A DNA stretch of 63,713 nt, filler included, from Lenisia limosa (Eukaryota > Protista > Breviatea), in NCBI GenBank assembly GCA_001655205.1. It is 19 parts of 19 records of this genome, joined end to end, with 100 filler letters (N's around TTAATTAATTAA, not from the genome) between each part and the next. Parts side by side here need not be neighbours in the genome. Positions count along the whole stretch, not along the records: positions 7,655 to 14,332 come from LPNZ01010274.1; positions 14,433 to 18,417 come from LPNZ01008408.1; positions 18,518 to 20,417 come from LPNZ01004991.1; positions 20,518 to 22,205 come from LPNZ01006796.1; positions 22,306 to 25,373 come from LPNZ01004026.1; positions 25,474 to 27,495 come from LPNZ01006301.1; 13 more parts are not named here. One strand, written 5' to 3'. The position numbers and the translations under genes are program-made. Of the stretch, positions 13,338 to 27,595 are shown piece after piece (within the stretch, counting starts at the first letter, position 1; every line of letters begins with the position of its first letter). The notes under the pieces are model-generated. The model was given only the letters and a program-made list of their open reading frames with translations, was not told the origin of the DNA and ran no database searches.

Positions 13338-14332
13338 ATGTCCCAGCAAAGAACGTTGAAGGGCAACTGGTTCGGTATGCGCTGTTCTTGTGTACCATTT
13401 GGTCTCACTTTTGTAGAAGAACGAATTGCTGGCGAGGTAAGAGAAACACCTCATTTTTTACGTTTAGAATGCCGATCGACCCCAATCCTTGATAGGTGCA
13501 GATTGCGCGGTGGGTGGGCCAAGCCTTCTTGGAACATTGGAATATATCCCAATATTTGATATTGAACACAGGTTTATACACTTATATTACCTTCCCGTCG
13601 TTTCCACATTTGATTCTATTAGTACACTTAATATGCCCCAGCGAATCAAGATCTAACTAATCAGGATAATGAGTACAAGACCACGACAAACAGCCATTTT
13701 GAGGGACGTGCCTCGAAACAGACATTGGGAGGCCCTCGCTCAAGGCTCACAAAAGAGAGAATACTGAGGGAAGCTCTGTGGGGGGGGGGGGNNNNNNNNN
13801 NNNNNNNNNNNNNNNNNNNNNNNNNNNNNNNNNNNNNNNNNNNNNNNNNNNNNNNNNNNNNNNNNNNGCAGGAGGAGGAGGAGGCCAAAAGAGGGAACAT
13901 TCTCACCAAAAACGACACCAATGAGCAGCTGAAGTCAACATCCAAGGCCGACTACTTCGACACAGGTATGGCCATGGGGTCTTTAAGGGGATCCTGTAGA
14001 CGTATTTGTTGAGTTCTTTTCTCTTATCATACAGTATGTAAGGATCTCCCTTTTTATCATGGTACCAAGTCACTTTTGTTCTTTTTGATATCTTGGGGAC
14101 CTGTAGGGAGGCAAATGTGTTAATATCAAGCTACTTTAATGCATTACTACAATAAATCTTCTTTAGTTTAGAAAACCGAAGGATATTATATTGTGTGATG
14201 TATTAGGCACATACATATATCTAGACATCGTTTGTTTTGTTTGTGGGGGAGGGGGGGGTTGGAGTAAGCTGGTCGTTCAGGCAATACTCGGAGAATCCTC
14301 AATTGTTTTGGCTCCTATAAAACACTACTGTA
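13338..14332 (+). CDS. NWE-motif ciliary microtubule inner protein (SPAG8/FAP143/CFAP107-like), partial
   Basis: Spliced N-terminus MSQQRTLKGNWF|EERIAGE. Later exons read RILREAL|EEEEAKR...KSTSKADYFD. The GNW.EER and STT..DY patterns are typical of NWE-family proteins. Confidence 0.5.
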
Positions 14333-14569
14333 NNNNNNNNNNNNNNNNNNNNNNNNNNNNNNNNNNNNNNNNNNNNTTAATTAATTAANNNNNNNNNNNN
14401 NNNNNNNNNNNNNNNNNNNNNNNNNNNNNNNNCCTCTTGCTGCATCCAACAACAAAAACCTGGGCTTGTTTGTTTTGTTGTCAACCCTCGTGTGTTTCTC
14501 AAATGCGTAACAAAGAGAGTTGATTTTGGGTGTTTTTTTGTTTTTTTAACTTCCCATCCAACCCCATAG

Positions 14570-16509
14570 GTTGATCCAGTCTTGGCTCTTGAAGGCACAG
14601 GCAACTATGCACACGCCTCGTACATCCCCACGTTAACTTGGCCCGCTAGTAAGGACGGATGTTGTTGCTGTTTTCGTTTTATTTCTCATCTCCACCTGCT
14701 GTTATTGATACATCATCGAAATATCGGTACGAAAATTCTGAGTTCAAGGGGCTTTGTTTTCTTCATATGTTCCCGTTTACCCCCCCCCCCNNNNNNNNNN
14801 NNNNNNNNNNNNNNNNNNNNNNNNNNNNNNNNNNNNNNNNNNNNNNNNNNNNNNNNNNNNNNNNNNNNNNNNNNNNNNNNNNNNNNNNNNNNNNNNNNNN
14901 NNNNNNNNNNNNNNNNNNNNNNNNNNNNNNNNNNNNNNNNNNNNNNNNNNNNNNNNNNNNNNNNNNNNNNNNNNNNNNNNNNNNNNNNNNNNNNNNGGTA
15001 CAAAGCCGCATGTACATTCCCTCAGGGTTCGCATCGTTTCACTTCTTCTCTACCAGCCCTGTCAGCAACCCTGATTTCTACAAGTCTATCTTCAGAATGG
15101 TGGGGTGTACAATGCAATGGTGGCGCTTCACTTCAGTTCTAAAAAGTGCTATTTTTGTTGATAGTTTTGGAAGGTTTATTGAATAGTAATATTGTAAGAA
15201 AAATATAATTGCTTTATGGGAGTGGGGGATAATATCAACTTTTATACCAACGCACCCGGGGAGATTTTGGGGGTGCAGAGTGATATCAAGGGGGGTGGGT
15301 GTTCTAATATTCCGTGATTATATGGACTTCTCCCTTATTTCCCATTTCTTGACATCCAACGTTGGTTACCTCCCAGTACCCACCCCATCTGAACATGTAC
15401 CAAGACGCTGGCAACTCTGGCAACATGCTTGCTACTGTTCCTGGTTGGTGGGACTTTGATGAAAGAAAGAAAGAAAGAGAAGAAAGAAAACGAAATAGAA
15501 AAGAAAGAGAAAAGAGAAAAATGCCCATTAGTTTTTACATTCGGTTATTGTAACGCATTTGACGACTTTTAGTGGATCAGTGGATGGACGTGTCTTTGGT
15601 GGCCAATGGAACGCATTACCAACTCTATATTGATAATGCTCTGGTATGGTGTGGATCTCATTTCTACTCATATGAGTACCGTTTTGTTTGTGGATATATC
15701 ATGAACTGCATAGAGCCCTACTTAATTGTATTTGGCTCTTTTAAATGGATGAATTCCTAGTCAACACAGTCAAGCACGTAAGCTGACTCTTTGTAGCAGG
15801 CTGAGATGGAAGTTACCCGCAAGTCCGCTTCAGGAGAATATGTGGGGGGGAGGTAAGAGATTGAACTCGTATTTATTCAATAACGGTTATTTTAACATAA
15901 TACCTTGACCTAACATGCCTTGGCATACCTGTCTAGATTGTCGCTAACATGCCTTACCTGTCTAGATTGCTGCTTTTGGTGACCACAGGACCCCGTCCGG
16001 CGGCTTCTCAGGCAACGTCTTTCAAACAGGCGGCAAAATACAAAGAGTGGGGGGGAGGGGATGANNNNNNNNNNNNNNNNNNNNNNNNNNNNNNNNNNNN
16101 NNNNNNNNNNNNNNNNNNNNNNNNNNNNNNNNNNNNNNNNNNNNNNNNNNNNACCTTTTAGGTTCGTGTCTTATCCAAAGCCCTGTCCGAATCAGAGTTA
16201 CTAGCCAACCCCCCGCATCATGGGACGGAACTTCCTGTAAGAGGCTTAACGGGTTTTTTTTGTTTTTTTGATTAATTATTGTTTGAGTTTAGAAAAGCCT
16301 ATCACATACACACACTCAATATTTTGTAATACAAGACGTTTGGTCCAAAAAGACAATTGTGAAGAATGCGAACGCCTTTTCACATAAGATAACCTCTGTA
16401 GTCAAGCCTTGCATCCACCGTTTTGCTTGACGCAGATTTTTCCCTGCAAAAGACCTATGACAATGACCTTGAAATGATTCAAACCATGACGGCCTCGCCC
16501 GTTTGCTAA
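14570..16509 (+). CDS. LamG/concanavalin-A-like jellyroll domain protein, 5' partial
   Basis: Exons DQWMDVSLVANGTHYQLYIDNAL and VRVLSKALSESEL match the Laminin_G_3 motifs W.HVA.V.DG...LY.DG and VRIW.RALS..EI. Probable stop TAA at 16507-16509. Confidence 0.55.
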
Positions 16510-16852
16510 GTGCTTTTGGAATCTCCCTTTTTTTTTTGTCTGTTGATGATTATATAGCCTTATTATGTATTAAAGAGTGTCACAAAGCCTGAAATCATGG
16601 TTAAAAGGTCCTACTCTAAGACCCATTCTGAAATCTAAGGAAGGTCTGGCCTAACCATCACGTTTGAGATATGACCCAGTATCACCAAATGTCTTGCATC
16701 TCTTGCACTGTTTATCCCCCCAAAGACTGCAGTTCTCAAAATCATGAAATTGATATCTCAAAAAAACATAAAAAGAAACAGTTTCAGCATCGGGGGGGGG
16801 GGGGGGNNNNNNNNNNNNNNNNNNNNNNNNNNNNNNNNNNNNNNNNNNNNNN

Positions 16853-18346
<1,494 letters not shown>

Positions 18347-18517
18347 CTGGGGGGGGGGGTAAACACCAGCATTGATTTTAAAAAAAACACCAGTTGAGAA
18401 ATGTCACACAATACCAANNNNNNNNNNNNNNNNNNNNNNNNNNNNNNNNNNNNNNNNNNNNTTAATTAATTAANNNNNNNNNNNNNNNNNNNNNNNNNNN
18501 NNNNNNNNNNNNNNNNN

Positions 18518-18742
18518 CTTGACCGCTCCAGGCTGCCAATGTGTCCTCAACTGAGTTATACCATCACCCTTTATATATTTGACCGCTCCAGGCTGCCAAT
18601 GTCTCAACTGAGTGATACCATCAGCTTGTATATATTTGACCGCTCCAGGCTGCCAATGTGTCCTCAACTGAGTTATACCATCACCCTTTATATACTTGAC
18701 CGCTCCAGGCTGCCAATGTCTCCTCAACTGAGTTATTGGAGG
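18518..18742 (-). CDS. Exon encoding a tandem ~20-aa repeat (ITQLRTHWQPGAVKYIKGDG)n
   Basis: Unit spacing is 60, 57 and 60 nt, all multiples of 3. The frame is open, with an in-phase CCACAG acceptor at 18743. The array runs off the scaffold edge. Confidence 0.6.
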
Positions 18743-20821
18743 CTGTGGAGTACACTTCTCGTTTTAAGGTGGAGGTGAATGTTGAGGGTTTTAGATCTGT
18801 GGTGTTTTATGAGGGAGTGGAATCGAATCTCTAAGTAGGGCTTCACTTCTGTTCAAACAGACTGAGTTTTTCGATAAATCATCGAAAACTATTGATTACC
18901 GGTCTTTTTCGAACCAAAGTGAAGCCCTATATCTAAGGATTGTGATATCCAAAGGGCTGTAGATTGTAAATGGACCATCCTGGTGGTGCGGGGTGAAATG
19001 GACCATCCTGGTGGGGTGGGGTTCGGTTCAGAGTAATATCAGCTATTACTGAAAGATGTGTGTAAAGAGTTGAAAGGCAAATGCTGTCTACTATAATCCA
19101 ATATCCGTGATGGTGTGGACGGCTTCGCAATGTTGCATTATTTCTCATAAATACTAATACATTTGCATATCATATCATATATTATACATAAATGCAATTA
19201 TAAGATATCGATATATCATATACTATGTATGTAGTATCATATGTAATATAAATGTAATATGATATATCTAACAATGCAGGGAGACCTAGTCAGTCAGGCT
19301 AATACCCAGTACATTTACTCGCCAACTATCACGACAGGTTAGTCTGGAGATGGGCGGGCTTCACTACTTTCCGAAAAACACTGGTAAAATATAGATATTT
19401 AACAAGAAATTCAGGGAGTTTTTGAGACCACTATTTTGGTTTCATAAATTTTCAATCCCCCNNNNNNNNNNNNNNNNNNNNNNNNNNNNNNNNNNNNNNN
19501 NNNNNNNNNNNNNNNNNNNNNNNNNNNNNNNNNNNNNNNNNNNNNNNNNNNNNNNNNNNNNNNNNNNNNNNNNNNNNNNNNNNNNNNNNNNNNNNNNNNN
19601 NNNNNNNNNNNNNNNNNNNNNNNNNNNNNNNNNNNNNNNNNNNNNNNNNNNNNNNNNNNNNNNNNNNNNNNNNNNNNNNNNNNNNNNNNNAGCATTTTCC
19701 CAAATCAACCTTCGCGAAACGGTGAAATTGGATCAAAGCGGAGTCGTAATTGCAATGGCTCAGATCTGCCTTAACGTAAGCGTCCTTCTTTTTTCCTGGT
19801 TTCGCCAAGTTTTTTATGAAGGCAATGCGAAGACTATTTTGGTCAAAAAGCGGTGTAATCATGTATAACTCCCATTTTTGATTACAATTTCATTCCCCCA
19901 TTTTTAATTGCAATTTTTCTCTGACGTTACAGTCGGGTACGGCCAGTTTTGTCGACTGTCGANNNNNNNNNNNNNNNNNNNNNNNNNNNNNNNNNNNNNN
20001 NNNNNNNNNNNNNNNNNNNNNNNNNNNNNNNNNNNNNNNNNNNNNNNNNNNNNNNNNNNNNNNNNNNNNNNNNNNNNNNNNNNNNNNNNNNCAATTCGTA
20101 TACATATGTGGCGGATTGAGGGAATGGTACTAACAACTCTCCATTTTGAATTGATTATATTTACAACTGACATATTTAATATACAGCTCTCCATTGTGAA
20201 TTGATTGTATACATATCATATTTAACACTCTTTCCAGCCAATACGTACGCAGGCGGATACGGCAACAGTATTGCCCCCGCAACCACTTCGTCTGCGCTGA
20301 GATGCTTCAACCTCCTCAGTAACCAAATGCTTCCTAAGGGCATTTATACCTATTCTGTGAGCTGTGTACACAGAGTTGTAAAGCAAATGATTGGGTGAAT
20401 TAATATTATATTATATTNNNNNNNNNNNNNNNNNNNNNNNNNNNNNNNNNNNNNNNNNNNNTTAATTAATTAANNNNNNNNNNNNNNNNNNNNNNNNNNN
20501 NNNNNNNNNNNNNNNNNGATCTTCGCCAGGAAGGTTCCAAGTGTTCTTGCTGCAAAAATTAGAAAAGTGGGTATTATTCATGTGATATCTATACTAGAGA
20601 GAGAGAGAGAGAGAGATGAGACAAATTGACAGAGAGGGGAATTTAGACGATAAAATGATTGGTTGGAAATTGCTTAGGTGATAAATCCTCGATAAATCCT
20701 CGATAAATATCGATATTTAAACGGTCTTTTTGGACCGCAGTTAAGCACTTGTCATAATGAAAAAAAGCATAACCCCACCATCCACAAAAAATGAGTACAC
20801 TTGAAATACCCCCATACCACA

Positions 20822-22041
20822 TAGCATTCTGTCCGCACGTTCTGCGAGAACTGGGGAAACCATTGTGACAGTAGTTGACGTCCCAGCATCTTTGGAGTTA
20901 CGGGGAAAATTGGAGTTGAGAGGTACATGTTTACAAACGGCTTTAGCAAGAAATGATTGGAAATATTTGATTATAATACGGGGGGGGGGGGGGGNNNNNN
21001 NNNNNNNNNNNNNNNNNNNNNNNNNNNNNNNNNNNNNNNNNNNNNNNNNNNNNNNNNNNNNNNNNNNNNNNNNNNNNNNNNNNNNNNNNNNNNNNNNNNN
21101 NNNNNNNNNNNNNNNNNNNNNNNTTTCCTCGCCATCCTTAATACGGCAAGTAGCATCACCTGCACATTTGGTGGCGCGGATGTAGGGGACGTCGGTTACC
21201 TAATATTGTAAGTCCGGTTTCTAAATTTAGTAAGTTCGCCTTCCAAATAAGGTGAGTCCAGATTCCAAATATGGTAGGTCAAGATTCAAGATACGAAAAG
21301 CAAGAACCTAAGGCTGTGTCGCATTTACAACTTATCGACTTTCAGTTACTCCCCCTCCCACGTCCATCGAACTCATATCAGAGTTATAGAGGCGGCCAAA
21401 GCCTTCGTTACATTCACAGGCGTAACTATAGGAAATAAGCATAACACACTTAAAAAAATGCAAAACATACTCAGTAACATAGAAAATAAGCATAACGCTA
21501 CACTTAAAAAACGCAAATATACTCAATAGGAAAGAATCATAGAACCAGGACGTTTCGTTGATAGTGACAATATCAAAACAACAGAAAAGAAAAAAAAGAA
21601 CAGCTATCAGAAATTACAAACTAACTACCTACAATAAAAATTTTAAAACACCGACAATTGGAAGAAATATAATAAAATAAAATAAAATTTCAAGAAAAGG
21701 GCAACTATGATAAATAATAAAAATAAAACCCCTGGCAACCTTGAAGCATGGTCCTTGAGGCTGGTTCTGCGGTCGTACTAACGTGGTAAGGAAATAGTCA
21801 AAAAANNNNNNNNNNNNNNNNNNNNNNNNNNNNNNNNNNNNNNNNNNNNNNNNNNNNNNNNNNNNNNNNNNNNNNNNNNNNNNNNNNNNNNNNNNNNNNN
21901 NNAATCCCTACCTCAACACACAAAACACCACCACCACCCGCGCCCTCCCGGACCTTAAGGAAGTCGGACCTCATCCAGTTCCGGGTCAAGCCATGGCAGC
22001 TCAGCGCCGCCCCTCCAAAGGCCTCTGTGTCGCATTTGTAC
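20822..22041 (-). CDS. Cys-rich EGF-like extracellular protein, internal fragment
   Basis: Exons GPCFKVA, YACECNEGFGRLY and TKCAGDATCRIKDGEE have GT-AG boundaries. Confidence 0.45.
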
Positions 22042-22909
22042 CTGAGAGGGTTATGGGGTGGGTAAAACTGGAAAGATATAAAAAAAGCCCAAAAATAAGG
22101 AGTAGGAAAATGTGAGACAATTTTACAACCAAACACCCAAATGATTGATATAATACCACATACCTGGGGGTGCGGCATTCATTGAGCTCTGAACAGTGCC
22201 AATAANNNNNNNNNNNNNNNNNNNNNNNNNNNNNNNNNNNNNNNNNNNNTTAATTAATTAANNNNNNNNNNNNNNNNNNNNNNNNNNNNNNNNNNNNNNN
22301 NNNNNAACCTTAAAGCACCGATATATTCAAAAAGCACCAGTTTTTTTTGTGGACGGAGATATATATATTTATATATATTTATATTAGACGACCATCCTAG
22401 TTAGGGCTATATTTCTGGGTACCCGGAGCCGAATCGGTGAATATATCCCTATTGCTAGTTCGTAACACGTTCAAGAACTTCACTTTCGGTTCCGAAACAC
22501 CTCAATATTTCTCGAGGATTTATAGAGAATTCAGTCTTTTTTGGAACCGAAAGTGAAGCTCTAACAAGTACGCTGGTGTCGACCCCCTCCCCACCCCCNN
22601 NNNNNNNNNNNNNNNNNNNNNNNNNNNNNNNNNNNNNNNNNNNNNNNNNNNNNNNNNNNNNNNNNNNNNNNNNNNNNNNNNNNNNNNNNNNNNNNNNNNN
22701 NNNNNNNNNNNNNNNTTACCACCCCCTCTTCATTCCTAAATCCAACATATCACCACTGAAGTAGTTATTAGGATGAGACCCCCCCACTGAAGTAGTACTA
22801 TATGTAGGGCTTCCTTCTGGTCCGAAAATGCCCGCTAGGATTTATCGAGATATTCAGTCTTTTTTGGGATCATAAGGAAGCCCCAGGATAAAAAGACCCC
22901 CCACTGAAG

Positions 22910-25130
22910 TAGTCATTAAGATATGACTCGGCATAGAAAGTAGTGTTGGTTGTTGGGCTCATCTGATTGAGTAAAGCAAATGCTAACACTAGGACTTCCA
23001 AATGCAATTGATGTAAAAGTTTGATTATAATTTTATGTATTACTACTCTCCACCACAAACCTCTTGCATTTCGGCCTCACGGTTGACAAGTGTCATTAGG
23101 GTCTTCTCAAGTGCAAACATGTTGCCATATCTAAATAATGTTCAACATTGGTTCTGTGGTCTAAAGCAAAGGAAATTACATAATTACAAGTTCCTTATCC
23201 AACAATTGACTTAATTTTTCGAACTCGGTTCAATGTATCATCTTATGATATCAGATGAGAGAAGATATATTTTTTATGACAAGATAATCCAAGAAATAAA
23301 AGAGGATAACTGAGTATTTATTGATAATTTTTCGAGGATTTATCAAAATTCAGTAATTTTGTCCATACCATACCTGGTAGCGATAGCTTCATCAGTAACA
23401 CCTGTTTTAGTGAATTAGAGTTTGTTCCACAATACAAATTTTAAGCAGAATAAAAACAATACACATTAACCCTTCAAAGTCAAAGAACAGATTTGGATTG
23501 TCAACAAGGTTTCCAAACTTTTAGAGAAACAAGTACACTAATGTGCATTGACTTGGGATTCTTTTGAAAAAATAAAGATTCCCTATTATCATATACATAA
23601 CATAGGAACCTAATTATATTGAAATCTGAAGAAATTCATGGGGTTCCCAAGTCAATATTATGAAGTGAGTCCGTAGATATGTAACGTGTTACTCTCCACA
23701 ATCACATTCCCCTCACCCCCTCAATCGCAGACCGTTATCAACAAAACGAATAACTTGCGAAAAGAAGCTCTTGTGGTCAGCCAGTTGGTGGTTGGCCGTG
23801 ACTGTAGAAGTAAATAATTAGGTGAATAAAGTAATAAGCTAGACTGGCTCTTTCTTCGGACTGCTATAATTGTCATTAGTAGGGCTTCCATACGGTCCCA
23901 AAAAAGACCAAATCTATCGAAAAATCCACGGTAAATATTAAACGGTCTTTTTCGGACCAGAGGGAAGCCCCATTATTGGAATCTGAAGGTTCATTGTCAA
24001 AGCGACTCTCATCAACGCTTTTTTCATAAAAAATAGCTTTGTTATCGCTTTTGTCTCACGATTCATAGCATACAATGAACGTGACCGATTTCCCTTGGGA
24101 AATTATACTGCAATTTGGTCAACACTATTCCCCAGTAACTGTATATTATGTTGAAATGAGAGAAAAAAAAGTCTGGTTGAAGTCATCCACATTGTCATTT
24201 TTGTATTTAGTATGTAGCTATAAAGAGAGATATGGGAAAATAATTTGATTTCAAAATATGTATTATAGCTAATTATTTATCAAGTTGCTCAGTCATTTTT
24301 GGTTCTTTGAATCCCACCATAATCTAACATCCCAAAGACGATTGGGTCACAATGAAGGACTTGGTATCACCTCCTACTATTAAGGACGGATTGTGTCTCA
24401 ATGAAGGACTCAATATCATCATCACTGCCATAGGAGAACAGTCCGTCAGAAAGGAGCCACAATGCAAGGTAGTGCTTCTGTTGCGTAAGTGTATTATACA
24501 TATGATTGATACTACATCGTATAGTATAGTCTTTTTATACATATTAAATATATGACAAATAATCAAAAGGTTGTATCTGGCCTAAATCGTCAATCATTTA
24601 ATAGATATGTATAAGATTTTACTACAATTGAATCAGTATGTTTGTACATGTTCTCTGATAAGCGTGATGGTGTGGACGGCTTGCCCAAATACAACCTTGT
24701 TTTATTTCCAATTTATAGAGACACATATATGTTTGTAGATTATTTACCCCTTACAGTGCTGCTACGTTCCAAGGGTTGGTCAACTATTGGAGTAAACATT
24801 CCAGAGTTCTTCTGGCCGTTTTTTCCAATAGAATATGTCCAGGCAAAATTGAGACGATGTAATTTTCCAGTGATTTGCATTACAGATGATGCATCCTAAA
24901 CAGTAAACATGAAATTAAATCATTTAGGAAGTTCGACCTCAGAACAATACCCCGTCCTACAGCCATATTTTCAATTTCAGTGACCAGGTCATCAAGTCCG
25001 TACTTGTTAAGAGCACCATCGGTGTTCGCTTGCGAGAGGCAAGATTTGTACAAGCCTAAGAAAGTCAGTTATTATGAAGTACGATTTCTGACTCTGATAA
25101 ACCTGAGGGTTTACTGAAAGCCACTTTGCA
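22910..25130 (-). CDS. M13 (neprilysin-like) peptidase N-terminal domain, fragment
   Basis: Exons GLYKSCLSQ..NKYGLDDLVTEIE and GKLHRLN...GQKNSGMFTPIVDQPL resemble the M13 motifs LY.SCM and V..D.KNS....IDQP.L. The catalytic HExxH region is not in the scaffold. Confidence 0.55.
23882..23970. mobile_element. MITE family A2 (variant TIR GGGCTTCC.TACGGTCCGAAAAAGACC)
   Basis: Same architecture and TCGA-rich core as family A, with a different TIR. Also at ~2201-2298, 22807-22883, 26555-26630, 43346-43445 and 60060-60135. Confidence 0.75.
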
Positions 25131-25690
25131 GAATTAAGAATAGGAGCGTGTAAGAACTCATGAAAATTTTCTATTTTATCACAGTCATTTGTATTCAGAA
25201 AACAATCTGACAGCGCAACATATTGAAATGAAAACTCAATTTTAGATAATCATACTTTATTGCGGAGACTCAATTTATATTAAAAGAGGTCTGGGGAGGG
25301 GGGGTAAATTGGAAATTTATGAAACAAAAAAAAAGCCCAAAATTAACTCTGTTGGCTGATATCAACAAAACAANNNNNNNNNNNNNNNNNNNNNNNNNNN
25401 NNNNNNNNNNNNNNNNNTTAATTAATTAANNNNNNNNNNNNNNNNNNNNNNNNNNNNNNNNNNNNNNNNNNNNTATGGTATTATACTAGGATATATCAAT
25501 TTCGCTACTATATGATATAATATATACAAATATACATGTATATTAATATAAAAATGAGAAATAAAAAAAAGGTTGAATCTGGCCGAAGCCGTCCACACCA
25601 CCACGCTAGCATTCGATAATGCGGGATGAGGGTTGTATGGAGTACCTCCCCTCCCTCCCATTTGACATTTTCTTTTGCCTCTGATGGTTT

Positions 25691-27495
25691 AGATCACCTT
25701 CAGCGGAGAATTTCCGTCAGTGTACGTTGTAAGAGGATTGATGTAGTAGTGTGCCTTACTTGGGCTTTCTGTGAAGCAACGATAAAACCATATGATAGGC
25801 TTATGTTCTTTGTTTCATTCAAGAGCTCAAGTCAGTTTCCTGGGTTACAGGATGAATAATCGAAATAACCCCTTACTTTTGCAGTTAGTTATTTGATTGG
25901 TCTTTTTGGTACCAGTGGGAGTTTAATTCATCGCTTCCAGGGACCTCTTGAGACTGCACCGTGCTCTGTTCAAATGCAACACTCCATTCCACAAGGTGGC
26001 TTGGGCTATTTGGCCTTGCTTATATCTTTTTTTTTGTTATTGTATGGTTTTACAGAGGATTTCATTCTGGGTTACCTTTAACGACATGATAATTTCCTTT
26101 GTTTACTTGTCCAGGCGAAACCTGTGTCTGCGACAAGGGCTATCTTTCTGAGTCGCTGGCCTGTACTCCGTGCCCGGTAAACACGTACTCGTCCGCCATA
26201 TCCGCCACATCTTGCACGCCTTGTNNNNNNNNNNNNNNNNNNNNNNNNNNNNNNNNNNNNNNNNNNNNNNNNNNNNNNNNNNNNNNNNNNNNNNNNNNNN
26301 NNNNNNNNNNNNNNNNNNNNNNNNNNNNNNNNNNNNNNNNNNNNNNNNNNNNNNNNNNNNNNNNNNNNNNNNNNNNNNNNNNNNNNTAGCATCATAGATA
26401 GAACAGTAATGGGGGGTAGTCCAAATGATGGAGGGGAGTAATGCAGCTGTGTAGTAATAGTCACTGGATTACCCCTATTATACCACTGTTCCCTATTATA
26501 CCACTGTTCCCTATTATACCAAAGTGTCCCTTTTCCTTTGCTCCCCTTACCATCTTCCCTACGGTCCGAAAAATACTGGTAAAATATTGATATTTATCGA
26601 GGATTTAATCAGTGTTTTATTGTGACCTTAGAATCCCTGTCATATCCCCTATCTTTGCTGCCCACGGTTAAACCAAACAATTACTTAGTATATAATCCCA
26701 ATTCTCCAGGGAGGAAGTGAACCTTGGTTCCTGCACCGCCTGCCCACTCAACACAGAGACGTTGGCTGTGGGCTCCACGACCCTGGCCGAATGTGTCTGT
26801 CTCGAGGGCTTCTACTACGTTGCTGACTCGGCCTCGTGTGAGGCATGTCCCGTTGGAGCGGACTGTGCTGGCGGCTCAAATTGTAAGGGGGGGGGGTATT
26901 TTTTTGTCCTTTTCGAATCGAAGAGATAACATTGGATCTCTTTTTGTCGCCTTTTACCCGTTTACACTCCACAGTGGTCTATCTTTAGCACCCCACCATT
27001 TAGCACCCTTTCCCTAACATCTCATACACAACGCATTGCTTTTGTGTGTTTCAAGTTTGTTTGCAGTTTCGGATCCTTCTAAATTTTCATAGCTTTACCC
27101 AAATTGTCCATTTTTACCCTGGGCTTTGATTGTTTTGTTGTTTTCAACCCTCGTGTGTTGTTAGCCTGATTTTAGGCTTTTTTTTATGTTTCATAAATTT
27201 TCCAATTTCACCTCCAGTGCCGATGCCAGCTGACGGATTCTTTGCCAGCTCTTTAATCACAACGTTCCAACAATGCCCAATTTACGAGGCTTGTATTGAC
27301 GGTGTGTGGGGGTGTAATGGTAGTTCAACCAAAATGGCATGTTTTGAGAGGGGTCAATGATTTCTTTTCTTCTCAAGTTTGAGCCATTTCTTCTGACCCT
27401 CTAGGCGGACAATGTGCTGAGGGCTACGAGGGCGACTTGTGTTCATTATGCAAGGCCGGGTATTACAAACGAAACAACACCTGCAAACAATGCGC
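25691..27495 (+). CDS. GCC2/GCC3 (ephrin-receptor-like) Cys-rich repeat surface protein, fragment
   Basis: Exons CVCDKGYLSESLACTPCPVNTYS, CTACPLNTET..GSTTLAECVCLEGFY..CEACPVGADCAGG and CPIYEACIDG|GQCAEGYEGDLCSLCKAGYY. Confidence 0.8.
27118..27217 (+). mobile_element. Repeat family D, sense copy ending at the intron 3' AG
   Basis: cctgggctttgattgttttgttgttttcaaccctcgtgtgtt...tttcataaattttccaatttcacctccAG is followed directly by a coding exon. Confidence 0.8.
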
Positions 27496-27595
27496 NNNNN
27501 NNNNNNNNNNNNNNNNNNNNNNNNNNNNNNNNNNNNNNNTTAATTAATTAANNNNNNNNNNNNNNNNNNNNNNNNNNNNNNNNNNNNNNNNNNNN

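Noticed and set aside
25240-25292. Exon directly after the D copy at 25292
   Set aside because: All three frames stop within seven codons, so this copy is not counted as confirmed acceptor-docked.
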